Shown here: one piece after another, positions 1-12,191 of the stretch
Position numbering within the stretch: position 1 is the first letter of the stretch
Layout: each line of letters starts with the position of its first letter
Origin: Raja brachyura
Taxonomy: Eukaryota
Direction of reading: 5' to 3'
Length of the DNA stretch: 64,000 nucleotides
Assembly (NCBI GenBank): GCA_963514005.1
Contig: OY740784.1
Location: 25,296,001 to 25,360,000 of the forward strand
The notes under the pieces: model-generated
Database searches by the model: none
Seen by the model: the letters and a program-made list of their open reading frames with translations, nothing else
What the model was told of the DNA's origin: nothing
Program-made: the position numbers and the translations under genes

Positions 1-1063
1 CCTGCACCGCCATTCAATGTGATCATGGCTGATCATCCAACTCAGTATCCCGTACCTGCCTTCTCTCCATACCCCCTGATCCCTTTAGCCACAAGTGCCA
101 CATCTAACGCCCTCTTAAATATAGCCAATGAACTGGCCTCAACTACCTTCTGTGGCAGAGAATTCCAGAGACTCACCACTCTCTGTGTAAAGAATGTTTT
201 CCTCATTTCGGTCCTAAAGGAATTCCCCCTTATCCTTAGACTGTGACCCCTTGTTCTGGACTCCCCCAACATCGGGAACAATCTTCCAGCATCTAGCTTG
301 TCCAACCCCTTAAGAATTTTGTAGGTTTCTATAAGATCCCCCCTCAATCTTCTAAATTCCATCGAGTACAAACCGAGTCTATCCAATCTTTCCTCATATG
401 AAAGTCCTGACATCCCAGGAATCAGTCTGGTGAATCTTCTCTGTACCCCCTCTATGGCAAGGATGTCTTTCCTCAGATTTGGAGACCAAAACTGTACGCA
501 GTACTCCAGGTGTGGCCTCACCAAAACCCTGTACAACTGCAGTAGAACCTCCCTGCTCCTATACTCAAATCCTTTCGCTATGAATGCTAACATACCATTT
601 GCTTTCTTCACTGCCTGCTGCACCTGCATGCCTACTTTCAATGACTGGTGTACCATGACACCCAGGTCTCGTTGCATCTCCCCCTTACCTAATCTGCCAC
701 CATTCAGATAATAGTCTACCCTCATGTTTTTGCCACCAAAGTGGATAACCTCACATTTATCCACATTGTACTGCATCTGCCATGCATCTGCCCATTCACT
801 CAGCCTATCCAAATCACCCTGCAGCCTCCAAGCATCCTCCTCACACCTAACTATACCCCCCAGCTTGGTATCATCTGCAAATTTGGAGATGTTGCATTGA
901 ATTCCCTCGTCCAAATCATTAATATATATTGTGAATAGCTGGGGTCCCAGCACTGAGCCTTGCGGCACCCCACTAGTCACTGCCTGCCATTCTGAAAAGG
1001 ACCCGTTTACTCCTACCCTTTGCCTCCTGTCTGCTAGCCAGTTCTCTATCAATTCTCTATCAA
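1..1063 (-). mobile_element. CR1-clade (HER1-like) LINE, 5'-truncated; C-terminal part of RT ORF2 still open (42..1052)
   Basis: GVPQGSVLGP and KFADDTKL RT motifs, CR1-type RPHLEYCVQFWSP and RTRGH; 3' UTR runs off the left edge. Confidence 0.95.
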
Positions 1064-2531
1064 TATCAGTTCACTATATCTTCTTGCACATAGTAACCAA
1101 GTCTTTAGCTATTACATGGCACCTATAATCAAACATACACTGTTGTTAACTTCATGGTGCTTTGATTCAATTTTGAGGTTGGTGAAGGTAATCCGTATCA
1201 ATAATAACAATTACATTCTCACTGCAAGTTTAAGCATTGTGGTTTAATCACTGCATGTTTATCCAGAAACAAGCAACAGGTAATTACCAGTAAATAGTAT
1301 GGCCAGTGTAAATTACAGACAAAAATAAAACACTGCTACAAATTTTATCTTTTAAAGAACATAGCATGAATTTCACTAGTCTGATGTCTCCAACCTATGC
1401 ACATTGATAATGGCTTGGTAATGTGTGGCGTTATCACCATTTAAAAAAAGAAACATCTGTGACCACTGTAAAAACCTACACAGATTATATAAACTTCATG
1501 CAACTGAATCTAAGGATCGTGCTAAACGAGCCATTCAAACTATAAACAGATTTATCAAAACAGTTACACATCAAGTACATTGTAAGCAGTTTTGCCTACG
1601 TTTCAATCTTAAAGGAGCACCATATTCATGGAAATTACACAAAACGTTCTAGTAATCCATCTGTCACATGGTAATGTAAATCTCATTGAAAGTGCATCAT
1701 TATGACCGTTGCACTCAACGCTGTCTAGGTAAAAGTGACCGCTGTTCCTCCTAATTTTTTTTCAAAAAAAGACATATGAGCACAAATTTTTCACAAAGAT
1801 TATACACCTTTAAGATTCTGTGGGAAATAATGAGAAAAAGTTATAACTTGAAACAAAATACAATACATTGGCCTCATATTGTTCCTTCATTAAAGAAGAA
1901 TTTCAATACAGGCCAAGGTAAAAACAAAAAGACACTAAGACAAAAAATAAGGACAATGCTAAATATTTTTAGAAGTGAAACAATTGATAAGTGAGAGCAA
2001 GTTACAGCATGAAGAACACAGAATAAGATTTCCTTTACACATTACAACTGAAATCACCAGCTGGAAACTCACTGACCAATGCTCTGCACTGTTAATACAT
2101 CCACATTTGTAAATGTTTTGTGAAGAATTTTGAAAGTGCAATATATTTACTGAGGGGAAAACACTGACAGTACTCAACATCTGTCATGTAAAAGATGGAT
2201 GTTGAGAGCTTTTTGGAATGGACTGGTCACAGACCCTGGTAAAAATAAAGTACAGGCTAAAGCAAGTACATACTGAACAGCCAATGGAGGTTTCAAGAAT
2301 GTTTCACAAGACTTTAGGACATGTCTATTCCAGACACAACACTGAATATTTAAATACATAGTTATACAGATGACTGCAAAATATTACATTGCTAAGAAGA
2401 ATATCAGCTTGTTCCCTCATTCCAGATGATATTAATAATGTGAGTGATATTCTGACAATCGCCAGGCTGCTATGAAATATACCTCCTATGGAAATGGAAT
2501 GTGCTTTGCTTTGACCTCAACAAATAAAACT

Positions 2532-2537
2532 TTTATT
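2532..2537 (-). promoter_or_regulatory. Candidate proximal polyadenylation signal AATAAA
   Basis: tttatt on + strand, about 34 nt past the stop of the long-frame ORF; usage not demonstrable from sequence. Confidence 0.35.
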
Positions 2538-2570
2538 ATGAAAGATTATGGTTGACCTCCAAATAAATAA

Positions 2571-3472
2571 TCAATGGGCTGTGAGTTGATGAAAGGATTG
2601 AGGGGGCAAGGCACTGCCTTCTGTACTGAAGCTCTCTTGTCCTCCTTCGCCACTGTTCTCAGGCTCTTGCTGAAGCTGGACGTTTGCCAATTTCTCGTTG
2701 TCGCTGGTTTCGCGAGGAACAGTGAAAGCTCTGGAATAAAGGTGGCTCATAGAGCCAACAGGAAGATATGTTTTGCCTTCAAATATGTCCTCCTTCTCCT
2801 CCACTTCATTCTGGATGCTGGGTGACGGAAATGTGGCACTCTGCTGAAGAAAGTAGCTATTTCTGGTCTCCATTTCCACCAGTCCATTTCCACTGAAACC
2901 GTGGTCAAATTCCAACTCCCCCCATTCCTTTGTCAACTGTTTTGTCCGATTATGTTGCCACCATTCAATGTTTGATAATTGCTTATCGGGTATATGATTG
3001 TAGTTTATCGCTTCCTCCTTTGGACGCTCGCCACTTGCAATGGTTGTGCTCATGTTTGTACCATCAGAGTCAGCAAGTACAACAGGTTGTGCTTCTGTTG
3101 CCTCCCATACAGTCATGCCACTAGATTCATCCTCGGGCTCAGTAGAGAACACATTTCCAAAAATAGGCAATGGAGTTGGTGCCATGTCCAGTGCTGTGGT
3201 GTCAATGCTCAAATCAAGAGTCCCGCCCTTATTTAGCGCAATGGCCTCAGAAGTTTTAATGTGTCCAGAAAAAGTCTTAAGCAGTGCAAACATTCTATCT
3301 ACATCCTTCCAGTAATTAGTCCAGTCACCAAGGCTAAGGCTATAATTATGCCTGTGTTCAAACAAGCTTTCATCCACACTGTACAAATTTTCAAGTTCTC
3401 CCCAGTTGATATTTTCCGTTAAGTTTGGCAGTTTAAGTGGATTAACCTTCCCATCCATCCCATAGCTGTCCC
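2571..3472 (-). CDS. SULF1: SULF1 terminal exon, alternative frame: 300-aa acidic C-terminal extension reached by skipping the 34-nt exon
   Basis: Same acceptor (3472). The phase-1 G of exon 14679-14802 plus GG GAC AGC TAT gives GDSYGMDGKVNP..., open for 902 nt to TGA at 2571 (ORF track 2571..3542). Actual use of this isoform is inferred. Confidence 0.75.
3442..3472 (-). CDS. SULF1: SULF1 terminal exon, canonical frame (GQLWDGWEG*)
   Basis: tgcag|G GGA CAG CTA TGG GAT GGA TGG GAA GGT TAA; characteristic Sulf1 C-terminus; the summed exon lengths keep frame. Confidence 0.96.
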
Positions 3473-4439
3473 CTGCAGGCAGAAACAAAGATTGAAATAG
3501 TTTATTTTCACGTACGTCGACCATCCATAGTTGCTGAAGCACTGTGCTTGTGTGCAGACATGCATCTGCTCCACTATCAGCCGGTTATTCAAAGCAAAAT
3601 TAGAGACAGCACATCTCACTACAAAAAGCCATGACAAGGTTGCACAGCAAAAGCAGATTGAAAGCACACACCCCACCATGAGACGCTAGAAGAATGCTCA
3701 GAGAGAAATGATTAATAAAACAAAGTCACGAATGTCAAAAGCAGATTCTGTAAAGGAAATGTCAAGTATGTGACCATTTTGATTTTACAGCAACCACGTT
3801 GTTATTAAAAAAATAATTTCCACTTTATTACTGCCCATAATATTAGATTACTGTGAAATCAAATACGCTTTACACAAAAAATGACATTAATGTTCGTATT
3901 ATTTTAGGTTAATATCCATATTCTTTCTAGCTCACACATGCAATAATGCATGTGCACACACATATCGATAAATATATATACACCTTTACTTTATTTTATT
4001 TATTTCCTTGTCCCTGTTTAATACATATTTGACAGAGAGTTTAATTCAACAAAATGCATCTCCAGTTAACACAAATTTCTTATTTAATATATACAGTATC
4101 TCAGAATTGACATTTAGCATCTACTTCCAGATTGTAATACCCATTATCCTCGTGTTGCCAATGGCATTGCTTAAGATATGGGTAACAGCATGTCCTTCCC
4201 CAATCAGTAGCTCTAACACGTTTAGCACCTTTGCATTCTACTCTTCTGAATATTTGGTTTCAGTCTTTCCCTTAAATGTGGAGACAGGAGCAACCTGGTG
4301 GGATTGGAATGCATGCTTATTAAGCAGCAGAAATTGCATGCATTAGAGAGAGCCAAGTGAAGTTGTAACCAATGGATCGGACCAAAGCTCTGCAGACCTG
4401 TCACTTCTGGTGGTGTAAGGTAGAGCACTATTAAAGGTT

Positions 4440-5380
4440 AATGGTGGGGGAGAGGGGGCTTCAAGAATATCTCCATCCTGAAGAAATGGGGGCCAGCAAG
4501 TGAGTGTCAAAGACAAAGATGGAGGAATAGCTTGCACATTCAGGCAGAATTGGCAAGTGGATGCTTGGATAATCCATCTCACTTCCTCCTGAGACCTCAC
4601 AACCACAGAACACATTACCCAGTCAAATTGATCGCGCCACGTGATATTAGGAAATTATAATCTTCATTAAGAAATAGTTGAGAGTACTGGGCACAGCATA
4701 GGATTTTGGATCATATAACATCCCAGTGCAATCTAGTGTGAACAACATCTCGAGTCAAGCGATTTCAGTACAATCGCAACACCCTCCTCTACCAAACAAC
4801 AAAATTACTCAGGAATATCCAGTTTTTCTAAAAGCAAAACAAATCCAAAAGAAAAGCTGAACTAACCGCCTAGTCAACTATCAACCACCAACAAGATGAT
4901 GGAAGGTGTTGTTTACAGTGCTATCAAGCGACACTTAATCACCAATAACCTTCTGCACTTTGCCAGAACCAGTTTATAAAGACCTCACCACTGCCTGGTC
5001 AAAATGTAAATCAAAGAGCTGAATTCCAGATGTGAGGTGACAGTGATTCCCTTTAACATCACAACAACACTTGACTAAATGTGGCATCAAGGAATTCTGG
5101 TTTAACGGATTGGGGATGAAAGAGAGTTGTACCTGCACCAAGGTTGGCGGTGATAATTGTTGATGGGATCCCAACCTCAGCATATCACTGCAGGAGTTCC
5201 TCAAGGAGGTATCCAAAGCCCAAGTATCATTCATTACTCCATCAATGACTTTCTTTTTATCATAAGGTCACATGTGTGGAAGCTCATTAACAATTCTACA
5301 AAGTTCAATTTCATCGGCAATTCCTTAGCAGCTTAATTAGTCATTGACTGCATGCAGCAGGACCTAGACATCATTCCTAG
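4440..5380 (+). mobile_element. Old, decayed CR1/L2-type LINE fragment
   Basis: Remnant gcaggagttcctcaagg (GVPQG-like) and atcaatgac segments with frameshifts. Confidence 0.55.
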
Positions 5381-5660
5381 AGTCATATATATGGCCTAAC
5401 CCGTCCAAATCAACCAAGATACCCTATCTAAACTAATCTAATTTGCCTACTTTTTGCCCATATCCCTCTAAAGCATCCGAACCATGTACCTGTTCAAACA
5501 TCTTTTAAGTGCTATTATTGTACCTACCTCAACTACTCCCTCTGACAGCTTGCCCCATATACCTTCCACCCTCTTTGTGAGAAGGTTGTTCCTCAGGTTC
5601 CAATTAAATCTTTTCCCTCTCACCTTAAACCTATGCCGTCTAGTTCTCGATACCACCACC
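5380..5660 (-). mobile_element. CR1 3'-end fragment
   Basis: ORF 5468..5683 resembles the CR1 ORF2 end (RTRRHRFKVRGKRF...RVEGIW). Confidence 0.8.
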
Positions 5661-7489
5661 CAGAGTTTCATTTTGATTAGCATTCAAAGTCTATGACTGG
5701 ATTGAATGTCGGGAAAGCTAAATAAATTACCTCAATTGTCTTTATACTTGACCTCTGCAAAACTTATGTTACTTGTACAGCTCTATTCTATCCCCAAACT
5801 GGGATTCTATTTAGCTCATCCCCACGATTGTCTTGTTTGCATCTTCTTTGCCACAAACAGTTTTTGTCTGCCATATTATGATGCAATCACTCTTGCTCAC
5901 TGTCCAAGCACAGATCACTCCATGCTCACACCACCTTCCTCAACACTCTCCAAACCACCTCACGTCCCCCTCTGCCCGCACCATTTTCCCAGCTCCTTGT
6001 TGGTTTATAAGCTGTTAATCGCTGCTGTCTTCTATTCCAGCGAAAGGTCATAGATTTACAAATTTAACTTTCTTCTTCACAAACTTTATTTCCAGCATCT
6101 ACAGCATGTTTACTTTCTCAAATCTTTGGCATAAAGGAATATAATGTAGGGATCTATCAGGAATCTCATCCTTTCCTTTGAATGTATATAGAGTGGTCAA
6201 TCTGGAAGCTGAAACTTTCCTCTTGCTGTTAACAATCACTCCACAAGAGCTTTATCAACCACAAGAACTTGTGTTTGTATAGTACCTAGAATGCAATAAA
6301 ACAACCCATATTTGTCACAGGATTTGACATCCTGCCACATACTGTAATACTAATGCAGGTTTCCAGAAATGGATGAATGAGTTAAGAGAGAGAAGGAAGA
6401 GGCAAGGGTTTGTAGAGAGTGAAACGAACGATAAGGATTTTAAAATCATCGTGTCGCATAACTGGGAGCTGGTGTAGGCTGAGTGCAGGTGATGGAACAA
6501 ATGGGCTTGCTGCAGGTTATGTTCCAGGTTGGGGAAACTGGGATTAGATTATGTTTACAGGGGTAGAATGAAGCACTGGCTGGGAGTGTATTGGATCAGA
6601 CTGTGCCAGGGAAACACAGGGATTGAACTGCCTCATTTGGGGGAAAGAATGCATTTGATTTTTCACCTGTGGAGCTTAAATAAGATTTTTAATTTTAATG
6701 GAAATCCCTTGATTTTAATTTCCATTAGAATTATTTTTGATATGGATTTATTACCAGATTTATGGAAACAACAATGTCAAAACCATACCTGATAAACAAA
6801 ACTGAAATCAGAAGACATATTGTCAATCTTAACCAAGATAAACAAAATATCATTACAGGCTAAAGAGACAAACTGTGCTTTTAGGAAAATAGAGACCAAA
6901 TCAGAGATGAGGCAAAACATAGCCGATCTCTTCTTAAACCATGACAAGAGAGCGAGGTCAAGAAGAAGAGGTCAGGTAGCAGCTTTGCAGTATTTGTTTC
7001 AGCAATAAATTATAAACTGTGTAGATAACATGTCGAGCCTTCATTAATTTTATATTTTTTAAGGGCATTGAACTGGCATTATGGGATTCTTCATCTCAAC
7101 TCCATTTTTCATTTCCATTGCAACCAATGTCCAGAAATCAAATCCACCACTTTGATTGCAATGGAGTTGATAGGAGGGATCTCACAATACCAGTTTAATG
7201 CACAGCTTTTAAGTTACATTAATTATCAAATAAATACATTCTCAAAAAAAATTACATTGGAGAGCTCCCCTCACATTTTAACCAAATTGGGAACTATATT
7301 AATTGCTGCTGCCTTGCCTTAATAGATTAGTAATGGTGTTATAATATGGTCAAATATGGTGTGGCACTTCACTTAGAGAAGATTATCCAAAGCCAAAAGT
7401 TGCAAATTGATGAGGCTAGTGAATGTAGGTATCAAATTACTCTTGTGGACTGCAAAATAGAACTGCTCTTCCAAAGCTCATTACAATAA

Positions 7490-8000
7490 GACCATAAGAC
7501 ATAGGAGCAGGATTAGGCCATTTGGCTAATCAAGTCTGCTCTGCCATTCGATCATGGCTGCTGTAATTTTCCATCTCAACCCCATCTCCTGGCTTCTCCT
7601 CAATTTGGGTTGCTGCTGCTCTTTGATCACTGCCTCTTCCCACCCCTACAACCCAAGATGGTCTACATCCCGGAGGGCTGCCTTGATTCAACATTGAATC
7701 TACCAAACTGCACTAGGATGTTCGGCAAAGCCCAGCAACTAGCCACCGGGATTGAATGAGATTGTCTCAAATGTACAAATGGGTGCCCATGAATAAATAT
7801 ACTGACTCCTGCCAAAAATTCAAAATGAACCCCATGCAATTTCTTCAACTATTATTTGTACAGCAGAGTCATAGAGCGATACTGTGGAAACAGGTCCTTC
7901 GGCCCAACTTGCCCACACCGGTCACCATGTCCCTTCTACACTAGTCCCACCTGCCCACATTTGGTCCATATTCCTCCAAACCTGTCCTATCCATGCAATA
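7490..8000 (-). mobile_element. Two short CR1 3'-UTR fragments (about 7490-7600 and 7865-8000)
   Basis: ataggagcaggattaggcca...gatcatggctg with (ccataaga) tail, and ggaaacaggtccttcggcccaac; same UTRs as other copies in the window. Confidence 0.7.
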
Positions 8001-8950
8001 CTTACAATATCTGTTATAAATATAATATATCACAATGACAAACTAAGAAAACCATGTTACTAGCCGGGGAAGTAGAAATGAAGCATATGGCAATCTGTGA
8101 GATCCTGTTAGATGAACTGCGCAGCCAGTGAGAAAGTTAGAGCTAAAAATCAAAGCAAATCTGAAGAAAATTAACACGAGGTGAGGCGGCAAATGATCTT
8201 CCAGCTGGATGAAATGGTTTCTCCTTAGGGAAATAAGGCAGCGAAAGATGACTCATCGTTAAATGTGCAGGATAAACAGAAAAGCCATGCAGTAGCAGCA
8301 ACTCGATGAACCTACATGCTAAAGAAAAGTTTAATTAGTGAAATGGACAATGGATGAGAATGATGTCAATCCATTGGCAGAATGAGCTGTTATTTACTGA
8401 CATGAAGTGATTTATGCTCTAGCATTGTCACCAGTGCAATAGACAAGCCCAGAAATGATCACTTTGGTTCGTCTGCTGTATGTACTGTACAATCTCCATT
8501 AAACAACGATCAATGCTATTTTTCCACTGAATGCCGACAGGAAAATGAACATACTGTGAAAGGATAGATAATGATATTGGAAATGCAGGAAGGGTATGGG
8601 CAGATCTGTCAATTATTTTTATTTAACTCCTAAATGTTGCTGCTAAAATAGAGCAACATGTTTTGAAACTGTAGATGGTTGGTGGGGCTGTCAAGGAGAT
8701 CTTGGCAAAATGTGGATGGATGGCCTATGTTTATTCAAATCATGGACAACCATCCAGTGAATGATCCACAGATGGACAATTAGGGAATCTGGAATTTTCT
8801 GATACGAAAGAGAAAACATGAAATGTCTTGTGTGTTTACAAGGTTTCATTTACAATGCACACACCTGCAGAACATCACAAACTTCACCCCACAGGGAATC
8901 TCACAGGAATTTATAAGAACAAGCTCAAACACCCATAAGCATTAATGAAA

Positions 8951-9232
8951 TTAGTTTAGTTTAGTTTTGTTTAGAAATACAATGTGGAAACAGGCCCTTT
9001 ACCCCACCGAGTCCACACTGACCTTCGATCACCCATTCACTAGTTCTATGCCCCACGCACTCATGGCAATCTACAGAAGCCAATTAACCTACAGACCTGC
9101 ACGTCTTTGGAATATGGGAGGAAAACAGAGCATCCGAAGAAACCCATGCAGTCACAGGGAGAACATACAAATGCCTCACAAACAGCACCCGAGGTCAGGA
9201 TCGAACCTGGGTCTCCGGCACTGTGCTGCCCT
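8951..9232 (-). mobile_element. tRNA-derived HE1/V-SINE-like element
   Basis: B-box ggttcgatcc on minus strand, conserved central segment, (taaac)n tail. Confidence 0.85.
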
Positions 9233-10563
9233 AAATAACTGGATTGCATGTTTCAGTACACCTTCAGTTTAAGGCATGACCAACAAACTCACTACTCAGA
9301 TTTTCGTACAGGTGGTTTTCTGAAATATTTGACATTTTGTCAATAGAACAGATCTCATCTCATCCTGTTGGTAAAGCAGATGTCTTCTGGATTCTTTGCT
9401 ACAGAGCCTGGAGTGAAACTTGAATCCTTGTAACTCAGACAGAGCTACGAGGGTCCTTGAGGTCAGGGATAGGGGTTGGTGAGAAGAGTGGGCAGAATCC
9501 ATTTACAAATTACAATAATCCTAACATATTAATATATGGAATTAATCTGTGGGATGCCAAATTACAACTAATGTGCTAATACCTCTGCTAATACCTCAGG
9601 GGAAACAACTTTGACATCTGGAATGGTCATACTTTTCTGGTAGAATATCAGTGCGGTTTAATATCAGGACAATGGTGAAATATGGGTCAGGTCCTTCCCA
9701 GCTATTTTGGGACTGCAGACATTGTCTACCATGTGGGAATGGTTCTCGATGCATTTCCGACTTGCACACTGTGCAGGTCACAAACTGTTTACAGGAACAG
9801 GCCCCTACTGTAATCTGGAGATAAACAGTACACATGCATGTGGGCATGACCATTAGTCTACAATAACTTGATCAATGCATGTGAAACTAGCAGATATAAC
9901 AGCAAAGATCAAAACTGATGCGTGCTAAGGACTGCTTGTTGTCTGGATATTTATTTTAGTTGTCACCTAAATACTCATACTCATACTTAATTTATTAGCC
10001 AAGTATGCTTTGCAACATACTGATGCATTCTATTCCCAAAATTAAGTCAGCAAGGAAAGATAATAAAGAGATTTGCCGTGGTTATTTTGCAATAAATGGC
10101 AGGGGGATTTTGAAGAATAGCCATTAGTCATTAGACTAGTTAGCACGCTTCAAGAGCTTTTCACTGTACCTCGGTACGTGACAATTAACTAAACTCAAAC
10201 TCAACTCATTAAAAGGCTTTTGTCTCCAGTTATTAGATTGTTCTGTGGGAAGACTTCAAGAAGTCCTGGATTGAACTAGCACATCCTTCTCTACAGTCAT
10301 CCCATTTCTCCGACAGGATCCATGTTCTCGCTCATCCCACCCAATCATTCTTTGAGAATGATAAAACAGTAGAAAGAGACACAACACCAACAAATCTTTT
10401 ATGCGTTGCCACAGCAATGTCCATTTGAAAGCACCCTGAAAGCACACCATTGGTGTGTGTGTTAACAGAGATGTCATTGTTTTATACCCCAATAATACCA
10501 GAAGTAATCAATTCCTTGCAACTACAGCTGCCAAATCACAGCCACCGTCACTTCTGAGTGGTT

Positions 10564-10777
10564 AAGAAGGAACTACAGATGCTGGAAAATCGAAGGTAGA
10601 CACAAATGCTGGAGAAACTCAGCGGGTGAGGCAGCATCTATGGAGCGAAGGAAAGAGGCAACGTTTCAGGTCGAACCCCGGTTTCGGGTCTGAAGAAGGG
10701 TTTCGACCCGAAACGTTGCCTCTTTCCTTCGCTCCATAGATGCTGCCTCACCCGCTGAGTTTCTCCAGCATTTTTGT
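10564..10777. mobile_element. Fold-back Penelope-terminus-derived insertion with 22-bp flanking direct repeat
   Basis: About 75-bp near-perfect inverted arms; ccaccgtcacttctgagtggtt at 10542-10563 and 10778-10799; homologous to 23871-23997. Confidence 0.85.
10686..10721 (+). ncRNA. Minimal type-I hammerhead ribozyme motif
   Basis: gggt-CTGAAGA-a-GGGT ttcg ACCC-GAAA-cgtt-gcct: core boxes, stem II, palindromic ACGT stem III, 4-bp stem I with wobbles. Confidence 0.7.
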
Positions 10778-12191
10778 CCACCGTCACTTCTGAGTGGTTC
10801 TTCGCCAATTATAAGGAAATAATAAATATTTTGCTGCTGGTACATTTTCAGGAAAAATAAGTGTTACACAACCACAACATTGATTTGGGGATGCACATGA
10901 ATTAAAAACTCAAGAGTTAAGTTGCGACACCACCTTAACAGTGATCGCTTCCCTCCTGGTTACTAAAGAATAGCTTTTGTTCACTCACAAGGACTTGAAG
11001 CTCAGCCTCCTCAACTTTGGCCACTTTCGATGCTGCTGTAGCCTGGCAACCAGGTAGCAGGAATAAAAAGAGGCAAAGATCAAACAATTAGATTCCAAGA
11101 TTAAGGTTATCTTGGTACATTATTCATTTTCTGAGTCTCTACATAAATATATTTATATCTGTTAGATTATCTCAAATAAAATATACCTATTGTAGTGTAA
11201 TTCTTTGCAGTATATGATAGGATAACTTAATTAATTTATTAAATGTTTTTTATTTCCACCTATTTACACTCACTTCCCCCAAGTGTCATTGAGTACAAGG
11301 ACCACATTACTGGAATTTCTAGTTGTCTATTTAATAGTTTCCCCCCTTATTTTCTCCCCCTTTAGGAGTCCTCTGTGCAACACACAATTTACGAGCTTAG
11401 AGTGCAGGTTAGTTAAGCCATTTCTGATTCCATACTCTGGAAACTGGGATAGGAACATGTGACATGTGGTTGAGAAGTCAATGGAAACGCTTCCTCTCTT
11501 CCCCGAGCAGCACCCATCAAGTATTGTGTAGGTACTGCCTATAGATATTGGGTCAAATTCTACGCCGCGAGTGGAAGTTTGTGCTTTTATTGGTTAATGC
11601 AATTTAGTAAATTCATATTAGAGTTTAGAAGCTATCTGCCAGATAGAAAGTAAATGTGAAGCTTACCAGTTGCAAAGTGATAAAAGGTTGGAAAAGTAAC
11701 TTACAAAAGAACCACAAGTCTAATTCATACTCAAAACTTATCTTCGACATTGGTAAATTTGAACAATAATAATATTCCAATCGGGACCAGGGACAATTGC
11801 GTGGTTTCAAACTGAATGGTTTTTAAATGAGTGTACAGACCACAGATTTGGATTTGCTTTGAACATAATTTGTGCCTAAAGTTTGTTAATATTCTCTAGG
11901 CGATTTGGTTCCAATATAGGGTACAACATATGAACACGGTTCAGTTTTCAAGCAATCATGGGACTGTGTTAGCGTGCAAGTGTAAAATATGTGTGCGTAC
12001 ATTTATATGGACGTATGTGTTTGAAAGATATGGAGGGAATGGTAGGAATCAGTCCATTTCTCTTCACTCTGAAATTGCTTTCACCTTCGAGGAGCAACAA
12101 CTGAGCTGGGATCACAACGGAAGCAAATTATTAGGACTCTTGTGGATCCCAAAGAGTAGAGTTGAATAAAAACAGATGGTCTGAAATAAGA

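Noticed and set aside
430-1128. Plus-strand ORFs here and their antisense equivalents at 37369-37844 and 52969-53409
   Set aside because: Antisense or shifted frames of CR1 ORF2.
2571-3542. 323-aa ORF as a stand-alone single-exon gene
   Set aside because: It has a non-ATG start, and the first 23 codons are intron including the polypyrimidine tract and AG at 3473-3474. It is better explained as the alternative frame of the SULF1 last exon.
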